This document shows, piece after piece, positions 10,259 to 18,977 of a DNA stretch of 64,000 bases. The number at the start of each line of letters is the position of its first letter. Position 1 is the first letter of the stretch. Location of the stretch: positions 1 to 64,000 of the forward strand of contig JAEOTC010000068.1 of NCBI GenBank assembly GCA_016840035.1. Direction: 5' to 3'. The translations under genes were made by a program, and so were the position numbers. This DNA comes from Candidatus Hodarchaeota archaeon. Lineage in GTDB: Archaea; Asgardarchaeota; Heimdallarchaeia; Hodarchaeales; Hodarchaeaceae. Under the pieces are notes generated by a model, which did not search any database, was not told where the DNA came from, and saw only the letters and a list, made by a program, of their open reading frames with translations.

Positions 10259-10888
10259 TCATGATCTAAAATCATCGAACTTATAATCACCCTCTCGTAC
10301 AAGTTTTGGATTGTTAGGGCAGGTAATATCAATGATTGTCGAGGGTGATCTTTTTGGTAATATACCTTGGTCAATCCACAAATCAACCTCCGATTTTGAT
10401 AAGTTCCTGAATACCTCTGAAAAATCTACGCTTGGTTCGTGACCTGAGGTGTTTGCGGATGTACCAATAATTGGAAAATCAATTCTTTCAATAATACTAA
10501 GTAATAAATTATGTGTTGGAACCCGAAAGGCTAGAGTATTATTTCTTGATGGATTTAGATATGGAGAAAAGTTTTTCAGACCCGACTCTTTTAAAAACGC
10601 AATAAAAGTAATTGATACAGGCCACTTTTCTTTTAGCTTTGTGATTATATCATCAGATGCTTCAATGTAACGTGATACCATTTCTAAGGTCATTAAGACA
10701 CTTAATGGTTTTTCTAGTGGTCTTCTTTTTATCTTAAAAATTTTTTTTACGTTTATGTTATTTTCTATTGTTGCTACAGTGCCTAATCCATAGACAGTAT
10801 CGGTAGGATATACAGTAACCGCTCCTCTCCTCATAATTTCCACAGCTTTATCCATTATCTCTGGATCTGAGGCATTAAGCTTTTTCAA
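10259..10888 (-). CDS. tsaC: L-threonylcarbamoyl-AMP synthase (TsaC/YrdC, single domain)
   Basis: PTDTVYGL, KIKRRP..KPL, FRVP, GTSANTSG, STIID. Confidence 0.92.
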   Translation of the reverse strand: MKKLNASDPEIMDKAVEIMRRGAVTVYPTDTVYGLGTVATIENNINVKKIFKIKRRPLEKPLSVLMTLEMVSRYIEASDDIITKLKEKWPVSITFIAFLKESGLKNFSPYLNPSRNNTLAFRVPTHNLLLSIIERIDFPIIGTSANTSGHEPSVDFSEVFRNLSKSEVDLWIDQGILPKRSPSTIIDITCPNNPKLVREGDYKFDDFRS

Positions 10889-10963
10889 ATGAACTCCTCT
10901 CTCATTGAACTATTCTGAGGAAGAAAAAATTGTTTTCCGGGATTTCAAATGGAGTGGTTAAAG

Positions 10964-11728
10964 TCATTGTTGTTGTTTCATCATGTGAATAATGATCTCT
11001 CTAACAAGGCTTTCTACTGGTTTTATCACACGATTTACACTTGTAGGTCGATATTCTTTTTTCAATCGGCCATTCTCATTAACAATTTTACTTCGATCAC
11101 TACTTGATAAGAGCTGCTTTAAATCGTCACGAGCATTTAGACATGAGACCTCAATAATTCTAACTGCTGCATCTCTTAAACTTGCTACTGCACCAGATTC
11201 ACTTAACAGTTTTCCTACCTCAAAAGATGATATACGTTGGTCAGCAGGAAGATCCATCTTGTTTAGCATAATGTGGTATGGTAGTGATCCATTCGCAAGT
11301 TTATCCCCAGCTAAATCATTTATCTCTTTGAGTGCGAATTTATTTTCCTCCCATCTTGATTTTTCTGAATCAACTACACAAATCAATCCGTGGGCTCCTC
11401 GTAAAACAACTTTTCGTTGTCCAGAGTGACGTTCCTGTCCTGGTACGGTGAATAAGTGATATTTCAAAATAGGGAGGCCTGCACTTGTCTTCCCAATTCC
11501 AAAAATTCCCTGATCGAAGAACAAAGTCCGACCTGTTGGGTCTTCTAACTTTAAAAACTTATACACATTCTCTGGGTCTTCAAGACTTTTTAGAACTTTT
11601 GTTATTGTTAAAGCTGTAGTTTTCCCTGCTAAAGTTGGTCCCCAAAATACTATTTTTACTACTGGGACTCCTTGATGATCTCTTTTTATTGTTTCAAAGG
11701 AAGGTTGAGCCTGCATGATAAACACCAT
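10964..11728 (-). CDS. MglA-like small GTPase
   Basis: KIVFWGPTLAGKTT, GRTLFFD, HLFTVPGQ, NKMD are MglA-type G1-G4 signatures. Confidence 0.85.
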   Translation of the reverse strand: MVFIMQAQPSFETIKRDHQGVPVVKIVFWGPTLAGKTTALTITKVLKSLEDPENVYKFLKLEDPTGRTLFFDQGIFGIGKTSAGLPILKYHLFTVPGQERHSGQRKVVLRGAHGLICVVDSEKSRWEENKFALKEINDLAGDKLANGSLPYHIMLNKMDLPADQRISSFEVGKLLSESGAVASLRDAAVRIIEVSCLNARDDLKQLLSSSDRSKIVNENGRLKKEYRPTSVNRVIKPVESLVREIIIHMMKQQQ

Positions 11729-11770
11729 GTAACTAGTGGAGATGAAGGTTTATACAAGAGATATTTCGAA

Positions 11771-12295
11771 TTATTTTGATATTACTTGTTTCGCTAATTT
11801 TACGAAAATTTCTTCAATTTCTGAACCACCCTCTTTCGCTGAGGTTTCGTAATAAGCTAAATTTAATTCATCAGCGACTTTTCGGGCTTCTTTCTCTGAT
11901 ATTGCTCTGTTATCTACAAGATCCTTTTTGTTTCCAGCTAATGCAATGGGAACTTCTGTTTGAATGTATTTCTTAAATTCATTCAACCAATTAGGTATGG
12001 CAGTAAATGATTTCTCATCATTAAGAGCAAACATAATTAAGCATGCGGAAGCACCACGATAATAGCTCGGTCTTAGTTTCCCAAAAAACTCTTGTCCTGC
12101 AGTGTCTACAAGTATCAGTTTAACCTGTATATCATCGAGAGGGATTTTCTTTGTAGTAATATCAACTCCTAATGTGGGTAAATAGTTGGTATCAAATTTA
12201 TTTTCTGCAAAACGTCGGATGAGGGAGGTTTTCCCAACATTTCCAGACCCAATTGCACAAATCTTGAGTAAGTATTCATTATTACCGTTTGTCAT
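11771..12295 (-). CDS. Rab-like small GTPase (Ras superfamily)
   Basis: GSGNVGKT, PTLGVD, DTAGQE, YYRGA, NKKD, ETSAK; no C-terminal Cys. Confidence 0.93.
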   Translation of the reverse strand: MTNGNNEYLLKICAIGSGNVGKTSLIRRFAENKFDTNYLPTLGVDITTKKIPLDDIQVKLILVDTAGQEFFGKLRPSYYRGASACLIMFALNDEKSFTAIPNWLNEFKKYIQTEVPIALAGNKKDLVDNRAISEKEARKVADELNLAYYETSAKEGGSEIEEIFVKLAKQVISK

Positions 12296-12320
12296 GTATT
12301 AAAAGCCTCTGGTATTACCG

Positions 12321-13280
12321 TTATAAGCCCATTTTTGAAAGATCTTGTAATGACTGTCGCATATCATCGATAAATTCATCACGTTCAGAACGTGTTTTTT
12401 CCCTCAACATGTCAATGAAGAGAACCTGCCCATCTTCGATAAAGAGGCGTACCTCATAATGTGCAGCAGGGAATATTCCTGCAGGTAAATCATCCATTGG
12501 TTCGAGTTTAACAACATCCTTTGAAAATAGATGTAAGTGCTCCTTAATAGCTGAAAAAACAGTATTCCCAATAATAACTATTTCTCTCTCTAGGTGAGAA
12601 GGTACCTCCATATCTTTTAATTTTTCAGTGACCACACTTAGAGGGGTCGAGGATGTAGCATCAACTTGACGTGTAACAACAACCTCCGTTTCCTTAACAA
12701 CCCTTGGTTTTGAAGAGGGCGCGGATGTGGGAGTACTAATTGGTTTGGGTGTAGGAGTCGTGGATTGTGTAGCTGTCATTGCGGGTGCTGGAGACGGTTG
12801 ACGACTTGGCGTGGGTTTTGACGTTGAAATTGGTGCTTTAGAAGGAGCTGGGGCTGGACGAGGTTTTGGTGTCGTCGCAGGAGCTGGTCGTGGAGTGGAA
12901 ACTGCAGCTTGGGCAGGAGCGGTACTTGGTCGTGAAACCACCTCAGTTGTTGGTTGGTCTCTACCTGGAGAACTCGGTTCTTGGGGTACTTCTCCAAAAA
13001 TAGCAAGAAATTCTTTACCCTCTATACCAGGATCGAGACTATCAATCCTGTAAACCATTCCATATTGTTCTTGACGCATCTGTTGTGCAGCTTTTGCTGA
13101 AATGAATTTTCTTCTAACGGGTGCCTCTTCTCCCTTCCATATGAAAATTTTTCTTACTCCTTCATCCACAATGATATACACTGCATTATTCTGTAGTCCT
13201 CCGAGGGATGACACATCACACGGAGTTAAAGTCCCATCGTCGTTTACTGTAAACTTCTTTACAAGGTTAGAGTTGCTCAC
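12321..13280 (-). CDS. Gelsolin-domain protein (single gelsolin domain + Pro/Thr/Ser linker + C-terminal domain; 1DGelX-like)
   Basis: AVYIIVDEG.RKIFIWKG..APVRRKFISAKAA is a gelsolin-repeat pattern; long PAP/TP-rich linker. Confidence 0.8.
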   Translation of the reverse strand: MSNSNLVKKFTVNDDGTLTPCDVSSLGGLQNNAVYIIVDEGVRKIFIWKGEEAPVRRKFISAKAAQQMRQEQYGMVYRIDSLDPGIEGKEFLAIFGEVPQEPSSPGRDQPTTEVVSRPSTAPAQAAVSTPRPAPATTPKPRPAPAPSKAPISTSKPTPSRQPSPAPAMTATQSTTPTPKPISTPTSAPSSKPRVVKETEVVVTRQVDATSSTPLSVVTEKLKDMEVPSHLEREIVIIGNTVFSAIKEHLHLFSKDVVKLEPMDDLPAGIFPAAHYEVRLFIEDGQVLFIDMLREKTRSERDEFIDDMRQSLQDLSKMGL

Positions 13281-13496
13281 AAGTTATCAACACACAGTTC
13301 TAAGTGCAAAATCATGAGTGTTTGATGATTTTCACGGTTATTCTATATCTAGAACCTATCAATACTACTTTTTAAAATCCACTCAATATATTGACTCAAT
13401 AAAGCTTTGAAAATTCATTCATAAATTTCTTTCTTTTTATCCTTCAACGTTTTCTAGATATATTTTTCGTTTAGTCTGGGTTTGGAACTTACTTGT

Positions 13497-14318
13497 ATGA
13501 AAATGAAGATAGACAATTGGATTGAAAGGGGATTAAGTTCATTAAGCGCTGATGAAATATTTGACGGCATGCAATTACTAGAAGGAGCAATGCAACGAGT
13601 ATTTAGAAGTAACAAACCTAAAATAGCATTAAGAATAATTAAAGGTACGAATGAAATATTAATCGGAAAAGGATTAAATGAGATATTTTGTAAATTCATA
13701 CTAGATATCATTCCACTTTTCAGGAAGAAATTAGGTGATATGGATTGGTTTATGTTAATTCCTGATATCTTATCAATATTGAGAAAACAGAGTATGTCAA
13801 TGTGCACATCAAACTTTCTTAACAGATTAATTCTAGAGTCAAAACCCGTACAAGAAGATTTTCTGGAATCTTTTGTGTCAAGCATTGCCCAAAAACAGTA
13901 TACAAAGGAAGTAGTTGTAGATTTAAATTATTATCATGCAGGAGTATTAGTTTTTAAAAAGGACTATGTAAAATGTTTTACTGTTTTAAAGGCATGGTAC
14001 AAATTAACACCGTCTAGTCCACAGGTGTTAACTTATCTAACATTAGCAGAATTAAATGCATATGAAGTAGAGGGATGTGGTAAGTACTTGAGTGAGGCTA
14101 AATCTCTTCCAGATAAATCATCATACATTGAACTTTCTTCTCATATTTTCAAATCAGTTGACCTAGGAAATTATGATCTATATTTATCAATGATAGAAGA
14201 ATTCACCGACCTGGTGAATGTGAAAAAAGACGCACTGCTTAAAGGATTGTGCGATGGCATTGCTGATTTTCTGAAACCAAAGAATAGTGCGGGTCTTTTT
14301 TCATTATTTGGAGGATAA
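13497..14318 (+). CDS. Alpha-solenoid/TPR-like protein, Get4/TRC35-like candidate
   Basis: All-helical amphipathic pattern; see finding; ATG 13497 preferred to TTG 13482. Confidence 0.55.
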   Translation: MKMKIDNWIERGLSSLSADEIFDGMQLLEGAMQRVFRSNKPKIALRIIKGTNEILIGKGLNEIFCKFILDIIPLFRKKLGDMDWFMLIPDILSILRKQSMSMCTSNFLNRLILESKPVQEDFLESFVSSIAQKQYTKEVVVDLNYYHAGVLVFKKDYVKCFTVLKAWYKLTPSSPQVLTYLTLAELNAYEVEGCGKYLSEAKSLPDKSSYIELSSHIFKSVDLGNYDLYLSMIEEFTDLVNVKKDALLKGLCDGIADFLKPKNSAGLFSLFGG

Positions 14319-14837
14319 AATTGCTTCTCTTATTTTTTCTACTGCTTCCTTTCCTGTTTCAGCTTTAATAACTTGATTTCGAATAGGAGGATGATTCAAA
14401 GAGCCTCGTTCACTAATTTCTTTACTCCAACCTTCTATAGAGGCAATGCATACAATCGGTTTATTATAGAGAGCAGCATAGGATAATTCTGATAATGTAC
14501 CAACTCCCCCTCCACATGCAATAACACCATCACTTGATAGTGAAACAATCGGATTCCGTCCCCAATGTAAGTATGTAGAGATTTTTACAGTTAAATAGGG
14601 AGAAACTTCGGCACTATCAGCTCCCTCAGGGAGAATACCTATTGAAATCCCATTAGCATCATGAACTCCCCTTACAGCTGCTTCCATCACTCCTCCTCTT
14701 CCACCACAAATTAGAATGGAATCAGATCTGGCTACTCCCTTGCCTATTTCATAAGCAATATTAAATTGTTTCTCTGATCGAATTTTTGAGTCTCCGATTA
14801 TGCCTATCTGTAACCTTCTTTTACTCATAATAACCAC
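14304..14837 (-). CDS. LOG/SLOG family protein (TIGR00725-like)
   Basis: CGGRGGVMEA, GILP, RN, GGGVGTLSE. Confidence 0.88.
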   Translation of the reverse strand: MVIMSKRRLQIGIIGDSKIRSEKQFNIAYEIGKGVARSDSILICGGRGGVMEAAVRGVHDANGISIGILPEGADSAEVSPYLTVKISTYLHWGRNPIVSLSSDGVIACGGGVGTLSELSYAALYNKPIVCIASIEGWSKEISERGSLNHPPIRNQVIKAETGKEAVEKIREAILSSK

Positions 14838-14841
14838 TATT

Positions 14842-15390
14842 TCATGTATAGTTCTTTTTTCCCTCTATAGATGGTTTTATTTTCTTTTTAGAATTCAAAA
14901 AATTTAATTCTAAGGAATTTGGAATGAGTTTTTCTAGAAAGATAGCTAATGATCCTACTTCAGAGTGTGGTTGGTTGGTAATTGCAATATTCCAATCTGC
15001 ATAATGAAATACTTTCGCAGGCACTTTTTTCCCCCCTACAATTATCATTAAGTGGTCTAGCCTCTCGTCTGAGTTTTGTATTGAGTTGAATCTCTGATCC
15101 AACTGAAATTTAGTTATATTTTCTCCGTACATTGTTAGATGAATTATTAATCCATGTTTCTGCTTCCATTCCTCAACAAAATCGATCCACTCATCATAAG
15201 GGATAAATACAATTGAGAATGAACCACCCCATTCTGAGACAACTTTCGATACAGATCGAATAATATTTTCATCGGTTTCCCCAGCAATTGTTATTCCTTT
15301 CGCCCCTAAAGCCCTGGCAACCAAAGCAAGGTGAGATGTAATTCTTTTATCACGATTTTTACGATGACCAATTCGAAATACTGTTACCAA
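14842..15390 (-). CDS. trm56: tRNA (cytidine(56)-2'-O)-methyltransferase
   Basis: RIGHR..RDKRITSH, WGG, HLTMYG, VGGKKVP, NQPHSEV. Confidence 0.95.
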   Translation of the reverse strand: MVTVFRIGHRKNRDKRITSHLALVARALGAKGITIAGETDENIIRSVSKVVSEWGGSFSIVFIPYDEWIDFVEEWKQKHGLIIHLTMYGENITKFQLDQRFNSIQNSDERLDHLMIIVGGKKVPAKVFHYADWNIAITNQPHSEVGSLAIFLEKLIPNSLELNFLNSKKKIKPSIEGKKNYT

Positions 15391-15413
15391 GTAGTACTCA
15401 CTTTTTTACAGAT

Positions 15414-15971
15414 TCATTTCTTCAGGTGGTTCCGAATCGTATGAGCAAGAGTATTGAATGATTCGTCTACATTTTCACCTGTTTTAGCGGAAGTTTCTAA
15501 ATATGGAACCTCAAAATTCAAATCGTATTTCCCCTTAAGCTCCTCAATATAAGCTTGAGCTTCATCTGGGGTAATAGGATCATCTACTTCATCACGAAGG
15601 TCTACTTTGTTTCCTAGGAGAGTAATTGGCATCACTCCTCTTCCCGAGTTCCGATAAAGCTCTTCTATCCATGAGGTTAAATTTGTAAAAGAGTCTCGTC
15701 TAGTAATATCAAAAACTAAAAGTCCTCCATGCGATCCCTTATAATAGAGCTCTCGAACACTGTTGAAACGCGGTTGTCCTGCTAAATCCCAAATTTGGAA
15801 CTTAACATTCTTTTTCCCTTCCTCTGTAGAAATTTGGGTTTTTTTAACCGCGAAATCCGCGCCAATCGTCATCACATAACCACTCGAGAATTGTTTCCCA
15901 AGATAACGTTCACGTAGCGCTGTTTTTCCGACTGCACCATCGCCTAATAGACATATTTTCATCAATAACAA
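15414..15971 (-). CDS. Rab-like small GTPase (Ras superfamily)
   Basis: GDGAVGKT, TIGADF, FQIWDLAGQ, LVFDIT, GNKVD, ETSAKTG; no C-terminal Cys. Confidence 0.93.
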   Translation of the reverse strand: MLLMKICLLGDGAVGKTALRERYLGKQFSSGYVMTIGADFAVKKTQISTEEGKKNVKFQIWDLAGQPRFNSVRELYYKGSHGGLLVFDITRRDSFTNLTSWIEELYRNSGRGVMPITLLGNKVDLRDEVDDPITPDEAQAYIEELKGKYDLNFEVPYLETSAKTGENVDESFNTLAHTIRNHLKK

Positions 15972-16656
15972 CGTTTAGGCCCCTATCTTTGAAACAATAG
16001 ATTATTCCTGAAAAGTCATTGGTTACGAGATAAAGAACTAGGTGTATTTAGGCTATAAATACCCATTTTTTTAAAGAATTCGTTATCCAATATGAGTTGA
16101 TTTCATTTTGGAAGCGCATAAAACTGAATTATATTCTCTCACTTCACTTATGATTGTTGTTTTGTAGATTATTTGATAAAATAAGAATAGAGTTAAACAC
16201 ATTTAAATGTAGAAATTCTATTTCATTGCAAAATAGGTCGTTTTAACCTAAATCAAAAGTAAATTGACAGAATAATCAGTCAATTGGTAATTATATAATT
16301 TCGCTAATAGAATTAAGGTGGAATGCTTGGTAGAGCATTAAAATCTCAATTGAGAGATTTTTAAAACATATTTACCATTACTGAGGGAGTTTAGGTAAAT
16401 TCCAATCAAGATTGGAAAAATCTCCCTTAAAGAACTGGACAAAACTTGAAGTTATGGAACTTTGTACTTGTTGAATACAAAATTAAAAAAAGACTGAGAA
16501 TATTTCATATTTACTTCAACTCAAAGGATCATGGCCTTAAATTTCTCACAAAGAGTGACGATCTTTCTCGAATGAAATAATATTATCTCCAATTTAGAAA
16601 GATTAGGATTAATGGTTCTTATAAAATAGAGAGATTGTAATAGATAGGTAATAATA

Positions 16657-18951
16657 ATGGTTGGCCTGAAAATTTCATCCCCTGAACTAAAAGATGTTAT
16701 CGACATTCTCGGATTATCCGACGATGAGCAAGGTGTTATATATATTAACCTACTGTCGTTAGGAATGGCAACTCTAGGCCAGCTGAGTCTAGTTTCTGGA
16801 ATTGATTTCATACAGACACAGGAAGCATTAAACGTACTGATTGGAAGTAATTTAGTTAAGCGTATACCAGGAAAAGTAGGACGCTATATTGCACTTCAAC
16901 CCTTCTTAAAGGCATTTTTTCTCGCATACGACCCCATTACTCTTTACAATGTGAGGAAAGAATCAAAGGAAGGATTCACGAAAGGACAAGAAGATCTTTT
17001 TCAGAAATTTCAAAATACACAGGAAAGATATCGTGAACAAACATCGAGTTTAGTTCAACAATTCAGTGAGAATTTAAATCCAATTACCGAGGGATTCTCC
17101 TCAATTTCCACAGAACATAGAAATCTTGTATCATCAATTCATGAAACTCTAGATTCAGACACTCAAATGATTAGAGAAGAAATTCAAGCTATTATCAGAC
17201 ATGCGTTAGATTTGTACAATCAACTCAATGAAGAGAACCTTAATGAGATTGAAAAATTTCCTACGATTTTTAACGACAACCTTCCACTAATAAAGAACCA
17301 ATTGCTGAACGTTCAGAAAAAGATATCTTTTAGATTCGAAAAATTACGAATAGGACAGATTGAGAAAGTTGATGAGGCAAATAAATCATTCGGGGAAAAA
17401 ATAATTCTCCATATGAATGAAAATCAACGTATTTTAGAAAATTTCAATAAAATTCTAGCTAAAAACCGTGAAAATATAGAGGAGATTACATTTGAGACAA
17501 AAAATGAGCTAGAATCAATAAAAAACGATGCAGCTACTACACAACCTAAATTTAGCGAAATTCAACGTACATATCTTGAGATCGAGGACAATCTGAAATC
17601 TCTCTTTTCTGCTATTCCTCTGAAGTTGAATAATATCGAAAATGTCATTACTGACCTAACATCAGAAATTAAAAATCGAAAAATGTTTAGAGGAAAAGAA
17701 GAGTTCATAGAACAGCTTAAGATAATCCAAGATGAAAAAATGGAAATTTCTCAGCTCATATCGACTTCAAATGTCAAATCTGACCTATTAAATAAGCTTA
17801 ATCAAGATTTGACTGAAATTGAAAACAAACTAGTTCATGCAGCAGATATAGGGGTAGCTTCGGCAATTAATGTTTTTGAAGAAAGAAGAAAATTACTTAG
17901 GGATCAATTAAATGATATAGAAAAAGATTTCAATTTAAATATTGGCAAAGAGGTAAATGATTCCTTTTTAACAATAAAACAAGGAATCAGTGATCAAATA
18001 ATGACCCTTAAGCGAGATTCAGATGACCTGTTTAGGACATTGTTGCAGGATTTAGCAGAAGAGTCAGAAGGTGTTGCACGCTTATTTTCCGAGGATATTT
18101 TAAATTCCATAAATGAGTTCAAACAGAAAGTAAAATTAACATTGGAAGGAAAGAAGTCAAGAACTATTGAAGAGAGCGAACTAACAAAGAAAATCACTAG
18201 CATTGGTGAATTAAGTAATAGAGTGAAAACAGATCTTAATAATACAACCAAAGGTATAATAGATCTAGATGAATCATTAAATTCTTATTTTTCGGGATTA
18301 ACCACGTTCACAAATAGTTATGCAGAAGAACAATTCAATACATCCGTCCTCAACCTAGAAGAAACAGGAAAATTGATTGATGAATTTATAAAAAGAACTG
18401 AACAACAGCTTGAAGATGAAGTGTCTGCCTTAATCTTCTCTATCAAAGAAATGAAGCAAAAATTAGATAAAATTACGATTGTAATGAGTTCTGTGGAATT
18501 AGATGAACTAGACCCGTCTTTATTGGATACTGATCTCATTATTGGAGAACCAGTCATTATCATGCTCCTTCGTGATTTAACAGTAAGAACGAAATCATCT
18601 CTTACTATCCTTATGCCTCGTCCTGAACTACAAACATTAATTACTGCATCCAAGCTACCGTTCAAAACTCGTGTGACTATTATTGGGGATTTTGTTAAAG
18701 TACCAAAAACTACTCTTAAGAAAGTATTATCTTCATCCAATATTCGCTTAAAGCAGCTTGATGGTATTGAATTTTGGGGATGTATCAGAGATGCAGAAGA
18801 ATTATTGATCTGCCCTGAACCTACGAATCCAGAAAAGGAAGAATTGGTCGGAGTGATTACAACAAATGGACATCTAGTCGATCTATTTACACAAGAAATA
18901 ATAACTTATACTACTAGAAGCAGAGAAATTTTACCCTCTCACTTAGAATAG
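16657..18951 (+). CDS. TrmB-like HTH protein with long central coiled coil and C-terminal alpha/beta effector-type domain
   Basis: N-terminal LGLSDDE..IYINLL..G.AT...LS...GI wHTH; about 500 aa heptad-rich region; C-terminal WGCIRDAEELLI resembles the TrmB/PLD-like domain. Confidence 0.7.
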   Translation: MVGLKISSPELKDVIDILGLSDDEQGVIYINLLSLGMATLGQLSLVSGIDFIQTQEALNVLIGSNLVKRIPGKVGRYIALQPFLKAFFLAYDPITLYNVRKESKEGFTKGQEDLFQKFQNTQERYREQTSSLVQQFSENLNPITEGFSSISTEHRNLVSSIHETLDSDTQMIREEIQAIIRHALDLYNQLNEENLNEIEKFPTIFNDNLPLIKNQLLNVQKKISFRFEKLRIGQIEKVDEANKSFGEKIILHMNENQRILENFNKILAKNRENIEEITFETKNELESIKNDAATTQPKFSEIQRTYLEIEDNLKSLFSAIPLKLNNIENVITDLTSEIKNRKMFRGKEEFIEQLKIIQDEKMEISQLISTSNVKSDLLNKLNQDLTEIENKLVHAADIGVASAINVFEERRKLLRDQLNDIEKDFNLNIGKEVNDSFLTIKQGISDQIMTLKRDSDDLFRTLLQDLAEESEGVARLFSEDILNSINEFKQKVKLTLEGKKSRTIEESELTKKITSIGELSNRVKTDLNNTTKGIIDLDESLNSYFSGLTTFTNSYAEEQFNTSVLNLEETGKLIDEFIKRTEQQLEDEVSALIFSIKEMKQKLDKITIVMSSVELDELDPSLLDTDLIIGEPVIIMLLRDLTVRTKSSLTILMPRPELQTLITASKLPFKTRVTIIGDFVKVPKTTLKKVLSSSNIRLKQLDGIEFWGCIRDAEELLICPEPTNPEKEELVGVITTNGHLVDLFTQEIITYTTRSREILPSHLE

Positions 18952-18977
18952 TGAAATTAAGAAAAATCTCTCATTAA

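Noticed and set aside
16521-16811. 96-aa minus-strand ORF
   Set aside because: Overlaps the start of the TrmB-like gene antisense; no features
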